64,000 nt of DNA from Chiloscyllium plagiosum (GCF_004010195.1 NC_057718.1:67114732-67178731), one strand, 5' to 3'; positions 1-13,811 are shown, numbered from the stretch's first letter. Program-made: numbers and translations. Notes: generated from the letters alone by a model not told the origin.

Positions 1-1180
1 ACACTGTCGCTGTCTGAGTACTACCACCCAGCCACTGTCCAAAATAACCAGGACATCTTCTCCTCACATGATAGTTTAACAGTGTAAGATCACGTGTTTG
101 GAACCATATTAGCAAACTTTGCCTCGCAGCTGATTGTAGCAATAAGTTTCAGCATATAATAATGACATAGGGACATGGAAATAGAATGTGCATATGACAT
201 CGAGGAGCTGGTCAGCTGTGATCTAGAATGTCAGAACAGCTTTGTTGAGCTGAATGGCCTACTTATATCCTGCTGTAACTAAACTGAGCACCACAAATAA
301 AACTCCCATCTCCACTTGGCTATCCCCTCATCTGACAACCCTCAGAAATGACCTGACTCTCTTCCACCACCCTCATGCCAAACCAACTTCCACCTCCTGC
401 AAACATTCCTGACTCTACGATCTCCCCGACACAATGTTGACTCGTTTCTACCACAGTTCACAATGTGATCCACTGCTCACCCACTCATTCATCACATCTT
501 TAATCCACTGAAAGGCATGGGGCTTCAACTGGGATCAGGACCGTATCATTAGTCTGGATAAAAGCTCCACAGGTTTGGAAAAGCTGGGCCACTTTTGGCA
601 AGACTGCACAAAAATGCCTTCTACACAAACCTTTTATGAATCTCGTCTGTTATGATTTTCTTGAAGTCACTTTGAGATTTAATGCAGTTTCATATTCATG
701 AAGCACAGCAGAATGCAAGCAGCATGTCAGAGACTTTAGGCATTACTGACATTAAACATTCAAAACTGCTAAATATTGAGATTAAAAAGTCAATGTACTG
801 ACTTAAGTTAAACAGAGGTGTGAGTCAACTGCTTAAAGAGGCGCAGGGAAGCCACTGAACTTCAATGTAAGCAAATTTATAGTTCACCTTCTAAAAGATC
901 ACAAAAGGTCCAAATGTTCATTCTGAGCAAAGGAAAATTTTAATTTTTGTATTCTTGTGTTTTTTTTATTTTCAATGAAGGCTTTCTCCCATTTACCCAA
1001 AGTCTGCTTTCTGTTTATGCAAAGGGACAATTTAGCATTAAACTAAAATCTTAATATTCCTAAGCTCCAGAATGATGGAAAGAAAACATCCCACCTAAAG
1101 GACTAAGAATTTGGGAAGAATCTCTGGGTGCAATTTTCCATTCCCTGAGGTGGCTGCTACAATGGTGAGTGAGACAATCT

Positions 1181-1496
1181 CATAGAGTCATAGAGATGTA
1201 CAGCATGGAAACAGACCCTTCGCTCCAACCCGTCCATGCCGACCGGATATCCCAACCCAATCTCGTCCCACCTGCCAGCATCTGGCCCATATCCCTCCAA
1301 ACCCCCTCCCCCCCCCCATTTCATATACCCATTTTAAATGTTGCCATGGTACTAGCCTCCACCACTTCCTCTGGGAGCTCATTCCACACACACCACCACC
1401 ACCGTCCGCGTGAAAAGTTGCCCCTTAGGTCTCTTTTATATCTTTCCCCTCTCACCCTGAATCTATGTCCTCTAGTTCTGTACTCCCCCATCCCAG
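1181..1496 (-). mobile_element. CR1 LINE 3' end fragment (5'-truncated)
   Basis: Starts with the reverse-complement CR1 tail catagagtcatagag, followed by 3'UTR and the ORF2 C-terminus (NELPEEVVEA-like on the minus strand). Same family as the copies at 7281, 21654, 35727 and 63166. Confidence 0.9.
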
Positions 1497-3399
1497 AGTA
1501 AAAATCAGATTCACGCAGTCAAGATCAACTTTAACAATTAGTCCTTCCTCTTCAAGTGGCAAGACAAGTTTCTCACTATCACGTGGCAAGAAGCCTGCAT
1601 ACATCTATTTACATCTCATTCTTTAAATCGAGGTGCTCAATGTTTCAGAAACATTGTAAATTGCCCTCAACCTGAGGTCCTGTTCTATGTGGCTGCCCCA
1701 GTACAGCCAACCCATTTTCAACCATTCACACTTCTCCTTAGCATCACTGCTAATTGACTTGTCTGGAATTTCTTGTAAATTTATTCCAGATGAAGGACTG
1801 CAGTCAGTCAGGGCTGTTCTACAAAGTCTGTATGACCCTGTAGAAGCGGCTGGCACCTATGAGTGGTCCAGGATGTACAAGTTATGGCAGCTCCCTGGAT
1901 TCATAACACATTATCTGGCTGATGCAGGTCATAAATGATTTGAACATTGAGGACTAGAACAGTTACTGTTATGAAGACTAACAGTTCCTGACAAGGAACC
2001 CTGATTGATATAGAGACATAATAATTTGCACACAAATTCTACAGAAAACATCTCTAGCTGGGCATCCAAATATACCACCATAGTAGAAACTACAATGACT
2101 GTAGCAGAAATATTTGCAGAGGAGAAGGCTGAAGTATTAACTCAGAGTAAACCCAAACTTGAGAATACCAAATCTGAGATGATGAAGTCTTGACTTGATA
2201 CCTCTGCTCCGCTTATAAAGATGAATTATAAGCTTGAAGAGAAAAATTAGTAAGCAGGGTTAACTACAGGTTATGTACCATCCATCAGATGATATGACTG
2301 CAAGATGACGGGCAGATCGGGAGCAACATTCATAAAATAGACCTAACTTAGCAGTAGCAGCTACAGAAACGTCAGCTGGAATTTTCCCATGCCTTGAGTG
2401 GTGTGGGCAATGATAAGAAGTTTGGTTAAATATGGTGAGAATGGAAAACCTTTTTCTGAAGAACTCACACACCAGCTCAGCATTTCAAGATTACATCTGC
2501 AGGACCTCAGCAGGACTGCCATCTGATCTATTCTAAAAGTTAATTCAATGCAGCTAGCAGCATTATTATTATCTAGACAGTAGTATCAAGAGGTATTGAA
2601 ATTATGATATGTCTTATGTATATTAACTGCTGTAGGTCAATGCATACAATTTAAAATATTTGTAAATAAGGGAGCATCCCACTTTGGTAACATAATAGGT
2701 CAACAACTCTCTAAAAATAACAATCTTTTAAAGTAAAGCCAAGTAGATAAGGCACATCAAGAAACTACTGCTGAGAGAAAACCTTAGACTATTCTGGTAT
2801 AGCTCTTGATAATTCTCAATAATGTACCATCAAACATAAATTGATTAAAGTTTTGTGAATTGTGGCCATATGATTTTTGTACTTACAACATAAAAATCTA
2901 TATTATTGTTTCATGTTAATGACATATTTGCCATAATGGTATTACATTTTTGGGATGGGCATGGGACCTGGCATCTGAATTGACAGATGTTACATTGGCG
3001 GACCTGAAGTCAGCAAGGCAGGCTCAGTGATGAAAGATGGTGTCTGAGGATCAGCGACTTTGTCATTGGTTGGGTCGGGTGCTGGCAGTGATGAAATTGT
3101 GGTGGAAGTGCATCACAGCAACATCAATGAGGTGGGCCCAGTAACAAGAGATATGACTGTGATGTTGGTGAGTCCATTGCAAGCATCAGCGAGGTGGTGC
3201 CAGAGGAGAAATGGCCTACTGGTGAAAGATGGCATCTGAAGAATGGTGACTTCCACATTATTTGAGTCTGGCTGTAGTGATTGGAACCAGGTTGACCTCC
3301 TTGACTACCAGGTCTTTGATTGGGATTGCTAGTGTGGGCCAAACAAGAAAACCCTAGCTGACCAATATAACCAGGAGAAAGGGGTCGTTACAGCTTTCT

Positions 3400-6300
3400 A
3401 AAAAAAGTATAAAGCTTTCTAAAACAAACAACTAGGAGATGGGGTTCATTATGGCCAATTGCTTGCCCTTCTTCTGCAATTATGTCCGTGTCCAGGTGTT
3501 CCTGGAGAAGGAGCACGCGGTGTCCACCAACAGCCTCGAGGCTTTCAGGGAGAGGTGGGCACCGCAGGGTGTGGAGTACTTTATTTCCCCCTCCGATTCT
3601 ATTTTGATTTATTCCTTGCCCTCCTTTTTGATCACCTTTTTGATCACTCAGACATTGCCCTTTAACGTGAAGGGCACTGCTTGTCACAGGCCACTCGGGT
3701 GTTTCCTTTCTTCCTGGTGGTGGAAAATGAATAAAGATTTCTGCGCTTGTTATTCTTCACCAAGTCCAATACCTGCACACACACGACATGGGTGCTGGGA
3801 AAAATAACCACTACTGCTGTTTGGTAGTATTGTGGGGGTTTAATAAAAAAATACAAAAAAAGAGAAAGGAAGATATAAATAAGAGATTAGAATCTCCTCC
3901 ATTAAGGGAAATAAATATAACCTGGAGAAAAGAGCCATTATAGTTTTCTAATAAAAAAAAACAGGAGAACGGGGTCATATGGCTGAGTGCCTGCCCCTCT
4001 TCTGCGGTTATATTTGGGCCCTGGTGTTGCTGGAAAGGGAGCATGCGGTGTCTTGGCCTCTTTAGGGAGATGTGGTCACCACAGTTGCTGGAGTGTTTTA
4101 TTTCCTCTTCCACTTGTATTTTGTTTTAGTCCCTGCCCTCCCCTTCATCTTTGACTTCACAGAAACATTGCTCGCTCTGGGCTTTGCTTGCTCCTGATTC
4201 CTTGGCCACATGGGTGTTTTTTTCTTATGGTGGAGTAGTAATAAAGTCATTTACACTTGGTGTTTTCACTGCCTCTCAGACCTACACATACAAAAGATGG
4301 CTGCTGGAACATAAGCCCTCGTGCTGTATGGCAGTAGTGTGGGGGAAGAAGAAAAAAGTATAACCAGGAGAAAGGGGTCGCTATGGCCAACTGCCTGCCC
4401 CTCTTCCACTGTTATGTTTAGGCCGGGTCCCTGGAGATGGAGCATGCGGTATCCACCAACACTCTCAGTGCCTTTAAGTGGCAGTGGGTACTGCAGAGGG
4501 TGGAATGCTTTATTTCCCCCTCCAACTCTATTATCATTAAGTTCCTGCTCTCCCCTTCACTTTTTCGGACACATAGACATTGCCTGATGGGGCTCTGCCT
4601 GTTACTAGTTTCCTGGCTACTTGGGTGTTTCTTTTCTGGTGGTAGAGTGTTAATAAGGTTATTTGCACACATTTTGTTTTCACTGTGTTTCACACTAACA
4701 CGCACACATGGATGCTGTGTAATGTCATCACTACTGCTGGATGGCAGCCGTGTGGAGTTAAGGAGGGCTCTCTACATGGGGATCCCCCCCATTTCCCTCG
4801 GTGATCTGGGGCAGAGGGTGTTGCATGCAGCAATCCCTTGCAACCGCAGATTGCGGTGGCTCACTGACTCCCGGTCCAACTGTTTGTTTGGTAGCGCTGG
4901 GAAATCCGTGGACTATGTATATGTTGAGTGTCGACATTTGCACACCATCTTAGTTACCTAAAGAACCTTCTCCTCTGCTTTTGGTTGCACTTCAGTCCCA
5001 TGCTCCTAATCTTTGGTCACCTGGTGTGGAGGGAGATGGACGGTCAGAGGATCTTCTCGTGGGTTTGCTCCTGGGCCTGGCAAAACTGGCCATAAACAGG
5101 TTCAGGCAGAGAGCCGTGGAGGGGGTTGTTATTGGCTGATTGCCTGCCCCTCTTCCATGGTTACGTTCAAGCCTGGGTATCCCTGGAAAATGAGCATTCG
5201 GTGTCCACCTGCCTATGTCTTCAGGGAGAGGTGGGCACCATGGGGATGGAGTACTTTATTTCCCCTTCAATTCTTTTTTGATTTGCTCCCCACCCTCTCC
5301 TTCACCTTTGGTTTCATGTAAGCATTGCTCGCTCCAGGCTTTGCTTGTTACTAGTTGCTTGGCTGCATATGTATACTGTCCAAGAGCTTGGTCCCCATGA
5401 AGGCTGACCCACAGTCCCAGAGAATATGTCTTTGTAAGATTTTGCACTACTGATTGACATGAGATGTGCTTCTACACGATGTTTATGTCAATACCTCTGC
5501 TCTTCAGCAAATTGACTTTGCCATGTATCATGTCTGAGACACTGAATCTATATGTGGACTTGGACCTTATTGTTTGAAATGCAATGTGCTTTTGCAAGAT
5601 GTTCTATGTACTTTGTTATGTGTCATGTTTGTGGCAATGTTATTTTATGTGGATTTGGATTTACTGTTGGAATTGAGATGATTTCCTGTGGAATGTTCTT
5701 TGTTAATGCCTCTGTTTTAGGGATTTGTCCTCGGCATTTTGTGACTGATATGTGTTGTGCCTGACAGTGTAATCTGTGCATTTTGAATAAAAGAGTAGAA
5801 CCAGGTGGTCCCCAGTTGAGGGATCTCTATGGGGGAGTCCTCCCTCCTTCCCTCGGGAATCTGGGGTAGAGGATGTTGCATACAGCTGTCACCTGGAACC
5901 ACAAATTGCGGTGGTTCATGGGCTCCCAGTTTGTTTTGTGGCACTGTGGAGTCCATAGACCATGTTTGTATGGGGTGTGTACATTTGCACTCCTTCTTTA
6001 GTTTTCTTCGAAGCCCTCTTTTATATTTTTGGTTGTCCCACACTCCTGATCTTTGGCACCTAGTGCGGAGGGGAGTGGGCAGGTCAGAGAATCTCATTTG
6101 TCTGCTCCTGTGCATAGCCAAACTGGTCAGTAACAGGCCAAGGCAGTGTGCTGTAAAGGAGGTCAGTACAGCTGACTGCCTGCCCCACTTCTGTGGTTAT
6201 GTTCATGCCTAGGTTTCCCTGGAGAAGGAGCATGCAGTGTCCCCCAACACTCTTGACACCTTCAGGCAGAAGTAGGGACCATGGGGTGTGGAGTTTTTAT

Positions 6301-6810
6301 TTCCCCCGTCCAACTCTATTTTGATTTAATCCCTCCCCTCCCCTTTACTTTCACGTTCACAGAATTGCTCAATGAGACTCTGCCTGTTAGTGGTTCCTTG
6401 GTCACATGGTTATTTTTCCTGGTGGTGGAATATTAATAAAGTTATTTATACCTGGTGTTTTTCACTGCGTCTTGCATATACATGTACATAACATGGGAAA
6501 ATGAGAGGTACTGCTGTATATAAAAGAAAATACTGAGGGGATTACAATTTCCTCAGTTCAGGTGGCTGACTCTAAGCTGGCTGCCCATGGCCAGTGTACT
6601 GTGCAAAAACAAACCGGCACTGCCCCTATGGGGCTCGGCTTATCACTGGTTCCTTCACCACATGAGTGTTTTTTCCTTGTGGTGAAATATTTATGAAGTT
6701 ATTTTCACTTGGGTTTTTCACTGTGTCTTGCATCTACGCTCACACACACAACATGGGTGCTGGGGAATATAAGCACGACTGCTGTATGGCAATAGTGTAG
6801 GGGTTTCTAT
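3400..6810 (+). mobile_element. Cluster of about 6 same-orientation Tx1-like (L1 clade) non-LTR retrotransposon 3' ends
   Basis: The ORF2 C-terminal peptide CLP.F..YVR.QV.LEKEHAVSTN.L.AFRERWAP.G.E.FISPS.SILI recurs at ~3440, 3980, 4380, 5130 and 6170. Most copies are followed by a similar 3'UTR (ggtggtggaa..aataaag..cacacacatggg); a 3'UTR-only copy lies at ~6620-6810. Confidence 0.8.
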
Positions 6811-7280
6811 AAAGAAAAACAAGAAGAGTAAAATCTCCTCAGTAAAAACAATATAACTATAGACAACACTCTCAGTTTAGGCAACTGATTCCAAGCTAGC
6901 TGGCCACGACCACTGTTACTGTGTAGAGCAGGAACCTAATGGATTGTGCTGTTGACCTTTTCTTTTGGCTGTGTTAAGGCCTATTGTTACTGTTTCTGCT
7001 GTAACAACTGCTGCCGCCTAAGCCTACCAAACTCTGCTGCTGCAGTCCGGGCCACCCGAGATCTACTGCTGCCTGGGCCTACCTGGTTCTGCTGCTGCTG
7101 TGTGGGCCTCCTGCCTCTGCTGCCTGGGCCCTACCTCAGGCCTCACTGAGGGACTGTCATTGCTGCTGGAGGCCCACTCACCTGACGACTGTTGCTGCTG
7201 CCCAGGTGCCATTGAGGAGTGACTTCCTTCAGCATCTGACAACATTACTCTTCCACCTCGCCCCACTCTCTCCCGTCATG

Positions 7281-10200
7281 ACATAGTCATAGAGTCATAG
7301 GGATGCACAGCACAGAAACAGACCCTTCAGTCCAATTTGTCCATGCCAACCAGATATCCCAATCCAATCTCATCCACCTGCCAGCACCTGGCCCATATCC
7401 CTCCAAACCCTTCCTATTCATATACCCATCCAGATGCCTTTTAAATGTTGCAATTGTACCTGCCTCCACCACTTCCTCTGGCAGCTCATTCCTTACATGT
7501 ACTACCCTCTGTGTGAAAAAGTTGCCCTCTAGCTCTGGACTCCCCCACGACATGGAAAATACTTTGTTTATTTATCCTATCCAAGCCCCTCATGATTTTA
7601 TAAACTTCTATAAGGTCACCCCTCAGCCTCTGACACTCCAGGGAAAACAGCCCCAGCCTATTCAACCTCTCCCTGTAGCTCAAATCCTCCAATCCTGGCA
7701 ACATCCTTGTAAATCTTTTCTGAACCCTTTCAACTTTCACAATATCTTTCCGATAGGATGGAGACCAAATTGTACACAATATTCCAAAAGTGGCCTAACC
7801 AATGTCCTGTACAGCCATAACATGACCTCCCAACTCCTGTACTCAATACTCTGACCAATAAAGGAAAGTATACCAAACACCGCCTTCACGATCCTATCTA
7901 CCTGCAACTCTACTTTTAAGGAGCTATGAACCTGCACTCCAAGGTCTCTTTGTTCAGCAACAAAGGACCTTACCATTAAGTGTATAAGTCCTGCTAAGAT
8001 TTGCTTTCCCAAAATGCAGCATCTCACATTTATCTAAATTTATCTAAATTAAACTATCTGCCACTTCTCAGCCCATTGGCCCATCTGATCAAGATACCCT
8101 TGTAATCTGAGGTAATCTTCTTCACTGTCCATTACACCTCCAATTTTAGTGTCACCTGCAACCTTACTAACTATACCTCTTATGCTCACATCCAAAACAT
8201 TTATAAAAATGATGAAAAATAGTGGACCCAGCATCAATCCTTGTGGCACTCCACTGGTCACAGGCCTCTAGGCTGAAAAATAATCCTCCGTCACCATCCT
8301 CTGTCTTCTACCTTTGAGCCAGTTCTGTATCCAAATGGCGAGTTCTCCTACTCCATGAGATCTAACCTTGCTAACCAATCTCCCATGGAGAAACTTGTCG
8401 AATGCCTTAGTGAAGTCCATATAGATCACGTCTACCGCTCTGCCCTCATCAATCCTGTTTGTTACTTCTTCAAAAATCTCAATCAAGTTTGTGAAACATG
8501 ATTTCCCACGCATAAAGCCATGTTGACTATCCCTAATCAGTCCAAATACATGTACATCTTGTCTCTCAGAATTCCCTCCAACAACTTACCCACCACTGAG
8601 GTCAGACTCACCGGTCTATAGTTCCCTGGCTTGTCCTGCCTACCTTTCTTAAACAGTGGCACCACGATAGCCAACCTCCAGTCTTCCGGCACCTCACCTG
8701 TGACTATCGATGATACAAATATCTCAGCAAGAGGCCCAGCAATCATTTCCCTAGCTTCCCACAGAGTTCTTGGGTACACCTGATCAGGTCCTGGGGATTT
8801 ATCCACTCTTATGCATTTCAAGACATCCAGCACTTCCTCCTCTGTAATATGGATATTTTTCAAGATGTCACCATCTATTTTCCTACATTCTATTTCTTCC
8901 ATGTCCTTTTCCACAGTAAATACTGATGTAAAATACTCATTTAGTATCTCCTCCATTTTCTTCGGCTCCACACAAAGGCCGCCTTGCTGATCTTTGAGGG
9001 GCCCTATTCTCTCCCTAGTTACCCTTTTGTCCTTAATGTATTTGTAAAAACCCTTTGGTTTCTCCTTAACTTTATTTGCCAAAGCTATCTCATGTCTCCT
9101 TTTTGTCCTCCTGATTTCCCTCTTCACTATAGTCCTACTGCCTTTATATCTTCTAAGGAGTCACTCGATCTATCCTGTCTATACCAGACATATGCTTCTT
9201 TCTTTTTCTTAACCAAAACTCTCAATTTCTTCAGTCATCCAGCTTTCCCTATACCTACCAGCTTTTCCCTTCACCCTAACAGGAATACACTATCTCTAGA
9301 CTCGCGTTATCTCATTTCTGAAGGCTTCCCATTTTCCAGTCGTCCCTTTACCTGCGAACATCTGCCCCCAATCAGCTTTTGAAAGTTCTTGTCTAATACT
9401 GTCAAAATTGGCCTTTGTCCAATTTAGAACTTCAACTTTTAGATTTGGTCTATCTTTTTCCATCACTATATTAAAACTAATGGAATTATGGTCGCTGGCT
9501 CCAAAATGCTCCCCCACTGACACCTCAGTCATCTGCCCTGCCTTATTTCCCAAGAGTAGGTCAAGTTTTGCACCTTCTCTAGTAGGTACATCCACATACT
9601 AAATCAGAAAATTTTCTTGTACACAATTAACAAATTCCTTTCCATCTGAACCTTTAACACTATGGCAGTCCCAGTCTATGTTTGCAAAGTTAAAATCTCC
9701 TACCATAACTACCCTATTATTCTTACAGATAACTGAAATCGCCTTACGAATTTGTTTTTCAATTTCCCTCTATTAGGGGGTCTATAATACAATCCCAATA
9801 AGGTGATCATCCCTTTCTTATTTCTCAGTTCCACCCAAATAGCTTTCTTGGATGTATTTCCGGGAATATCAGCTGGAATGCTGTCCCTTATCAAAAACGC
9901 CACTCCCCCTCCTCTCTTGCCTCCCTTTCTGTCCTTCCTGTAGCATTTGAATCCTGAAACATTATGCTGCCAGTCCTGTCCATCCCTGAGCCACATTTCT
10001 GTAATTGCTATGATATCCCATGCCCTGAGTTCAGCTGCCTTCCCTGTGAGGCCCTTTGTAATGTAATAAATGCAGTTTAATTTATCAGTCTCACCTTGTT
10101 CTCTGCTTTGTCCCTGCCTGCCCTGGCTGTTTTGTTTCTGTTCTCAACTGTACCAGTCTCAGATTGATCTCTTTCCTCACTATCCCCTGGGTCCCAGCGC

Positions 10201-10549
10201 CCCCACCTTACCAGTTTAAATCCTACCGAGCAGCTCTCGCAAATCTCCCTGCCAGTATATTTGTCCCCTTCCAATTTAGGTGCAATTCGTCCTTCTTGTA
10301 AAGGTCACTTCTACCCCAAAAGAGATTCCAATGATCCAAAAATATGGATCCTATTCCCATACACCAGCTCCTCAGCCATGCATTCATCTGCTCTATCCTC
10401 CTATTCCTACTCTCACTAGCGCGTACCACCGGGAATAATCCTCGCGAAGACCTCCTTTTTAAATTCCTGCCTAGCTCTCTGTAATCTCCTTTCAGAATCT
10501 CAACCTTTTCCCTTCCTATGTCATTGGTTCTAATCTGTACAATGACCTC
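7281..10549 (-). mobile_element. Long CR1 LINE: ORF1 esterase remnant plus frameshifted ORF2 (APE endonuclease + RT) and 3' tail
   Basis: ORF1 fragment 10223-10564 (TNDIG...WLRSWC...FLDHW..FWGR.DLYKKD.LHLN.KG) is SGNH/GDSL esterase-like. APE motifs GLYYRPPN and SDHN; RT motifs KSPGPD, NYRPVSLTS, GVPQG; CR1 tail at 7281. Several stops and frameshifts. Confidence 0.93.
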
Positions 10550-11910
10550 CATGGCTAGACTCAAGGTGACAGGGCGAAGCCACGTACATATGTTGGGTTA
10601 GCTGCAGCCTTAGGCTCGGCTGCTTCAACCCTGGCTGCAATCTCCACCCCCTTCAGCCTCCTCACCAAAGGCCGAGGGGGTCAATGCCTATTCCCACTCC
10701 AACATGACCATTGAGGCCTGCAGTAAGGCCATAAATAGCGTAGTCGGTCCACTGGCCATCGTCAATGTGGATGAAATGTATGGGAAGGCCAAGTTTTTCC
10801 TGCATTTTGAGCAGGCGCTCCACCTGGCCTTGTAGAAGGGGCTCACTGTGAGTGGGACTTTTTTTGCCCATTGACCCTCTGAGGTCATGGCTCAGGGAAT
10901 CGTGATCTCCAACTTCCCACCCCTCGTTGCCAGTGAGCTGCTCCTCCCAGATCTACAATCACTAGGAGAAATCCAGTCAGGTGTAACACTGCTCCTGCTC
11001 AAACTAAAGGACCCTGCCCTCAAGCATGTCTACTCCTTTCGGCACCAGGTCTTCATTTGCTTGGTCCAAGAGGAGGTGACCGAGGGAACATTCGCCATGG
11101 TCCTTGGGAGTGCAACCTACCGTGTCTTCGTGACGGTGTGCGTTGCCACCTCTGACGAGAGGTGGGCCAAATAAGAACGAACTGCCCCAGCCTGAAGGCT
11201 ACACAGCCCACAGCAGTAACCGTAGGTGACTCTGCCGCACTCGTCAGCAAGATCTTGTGTTGTTGGCTAACGATGGAGGGCACCAAGGGCCAGATTTACA
11301 ACTTTTACACAGCCCTGCTTTCTCCGGATCTGTCCAGCAAGGATGCTCGCAGGGTTCTGTGGGAGGACCTGCTGCAGCTCAGCCCAGAGGACACTGGAAG
11401 GATCGACGCTCCGTCACCTTAGAGGAGCTGACCAGTGCTCTCGACCGGTTCTCGACGGGCAAGCCACCGGGGTTGGATAGGCTGACTGTAGAGTTCATCA
11501 GGGCATTCTGGAATGTCCTGGGGAGCAACTATGCTCCGGTCCTGGGGGAGTGTCTTAATGCCAGAGAGCTGCTCCTTTCTTGGCGCAGGACAGTCATCGT
11601 CCTATTGCTAAAAAAAAGGACCTTCATTCTCTTAAGAACTAATCTGCAATCTCCCTCCTCAGCATGGATTTTAAAATTTTCATCAGAATGTTGGCTTCTT
11701 GCCTGGCTTCCATGTTCACTCACATGATCCACCATGACCAGTCCTATATGGTCCCATGAGGATACACGACAACATCCATCATTTCTGTCGATGGGCTGGT
11801 CTGCTGACCGCCTTCCTGTCTCTCAATCAGGAGAAGGCGTTCGACAGGGTCAATAACGAATATCTGCTTGGGAATCTGCAGGCACTTAGGTTTGGGATGC
11901 AGTTTGTCGC
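10550..11910 (+). mobile_element. Tx1-like L1 remnant: ORF1 fragment plus internally deleted ORF2 (RT N-terminal part)
   Basis: 10887-11174 (VISNFPPLVASELLLP..SLGEI.S....L.LKDPALKHVYSFR.QV) resembles Tx1-type ORF1. 11257-11900 (TLEEL..AL.....GKPPGLD.LTVEF.RAFW, LSLNQEKAFDRV) is L1/Tx1 RT. The probable 5' part lies at ~6850-7280. Confidence 0.8.
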
Positions 11911-12638
11911 ACAAGTAGACAGGATAGTGAAGAAGGCATTTGGTATGCTTGCCTTTATTGATCACTGCATTGAGGATTGGACTTGGGTGGTCATTTTGAG
12001 GTTGGATAGGCCATTTTGTGAATACTGTGTGCAAATCTGGTTTACCTGCTCTAGGAAGGAAGTTGTAAAATTTGAAAGGGATCAGAAAAGATTTACAAGG
12101 ATATTGTCAGGGTTGGAAGGTTTGAGGTATAGGGTGAGGCTGAATTGACTGGGGCCATTTTCCCTGAAAAGTCAGAGTCTGAGGGATGACCTTATAGAGA
12201 TTTATAAAACCAGGAGGGGCATGGATAGGGTAAATAGCCAAGGTCTTTTTTTCCCAGGTGGGGGAGTCTAAAACTAGAGTCTAAAACTAGAGTTAAAGGT
12301 GAGAGGGGAAAAAATTAAAAGGGACCTAAAGGGCAACTTTTTCACACAGAGGGTGGTGTGTATATAGAATGAGCTGCCAGAGGACATGGTGGAGGCTGGT
12401 ACAATTTCAACACTTAAAAAGTATCTGGATGGATACATGAATAGGAAGGGTTTAGAGGGACATGGGTCAAAAAGTGTGGCTCTGGTCAGGCAGCATCCGA
12501 GGAACAGAAGAGTCGATGTTTCAGGCATAAGCCCTTCAATTCCTAACAAATGGGGTGAGATTAAATTTAGGATATCTATGCACGGACGGGTTGGACTGAA
12601 GTGTCTGTTTCCATGCTGTACCTCTCTATGACTCCATG
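11911..12638 (+). mobile_element. CR1 LINE 3' fragment, interrupted by a short PLE-terminus insert (~12476-12544)
   Basis: QVDRIVKKAFGML, EYCVQ.W and NELPE motifs, ending in a ctctatgactccatg tail. Confidence 0.9.
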
Positions 12639-13811
12639 CTTCACAGATATCTTATAAAGATGAACTGCTTTGGGGAGGTGAGATAAATTGCATATGTTAA
12701 TGTTTTTGTTGATTTGGTGTAATCCTTACCTTGAGCTGGTCTAGGAGAAATTTTTTAGATATTTCTGGATCCATCAGATTATTCACAGAAAGACGAGATG
12801 TATAAAATCTGCAAAGCCCCTTTCTAGCTAGTGGCAAACAAAAGTTTCAGAACTGTCTCCTTTGGATCATTTATCACTTGATGTGTTAAATAAAATTTCA
12901 AGTGCTGCTTGAAAAGCTGTAATTTAATACAAGTATGTATTCTAAATTAAGTGTATACCTTCCAATATTCATTTAAAGTCCTTTTTTCAAGTAGAACACA
13001 GTGCAGTGATTATTTATTTGACTGGATTTACTTCTCCCTCCTTTCTTATGTCCTCTTTCATCTCTGTATCTCTGCATTTTTGTCTGTTGCTGTTCCTTTC
13101 TTGACCTTGGTCCCTTTAAGAGTGATGTATTCAGAGCCACAGCATTGAATGTTTAAAATTACAGGATTGCAGTTGCAAGCTTGTACCAACAGATGGTAAG
13201 TGTGCCAAAGGAATAATGGCATCAAATGAGCTTCCCTCTGCTTTGTTTCCAAGTTGTAAATGCAAAATGGTGGAACCAACTGACCATTGTTCACAGGTAA
13301 GCTTTGTTGCGCAACAAACTGCTTATCAGTTAATTTTAATTTATATTTCTTTCAGGAAGACCTTTTAGCTATACTGTATGGAGAATTAAGCTGTTGAATT
13401 CTTTTTAAAAAGAAAATCAGAACAGCAGTTTGCCAATATGTTCATTTTAAAGAGGCAATATGGAGAAATAACATGTTCACTGTCTTAGCATAGGTCTGTA
13501 ATATTCAGACTTGCTTGTATTTCTAAGTTGACTGTTAGAAATTTCTTCTAGCTTGCAAGAAGGCAGATTTTTGTCAGAAATAAATTAGCTCGGTTGTCTG
13601 TACTTGTAGAAACTGAAAATATCAATTGTCAGAACTTTTTTGATGCCCAGAGCTGTTGCCCAGTCAGTTGTCAATTAAGTTTCCAAAATATCTGACACCA
13701 AGACCTTAGAGTTCTCTTTATAAAAGGGCCACCACTGCTTACTGTGTGCTTTAGCTCCACAGGGTACCTGTACCTGTTGCCCCAATCCATATGTTGTCTC
13801 CCGTAACAGAA

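Noticed and set aside
13121..13134. In-frame TGA as selenocysteine ahead of the Cys-rich frame
   Set aside because: No recognisable selenoprotein homology or SECIS element; a downstream acceptor or non-coding status explains it more simply.
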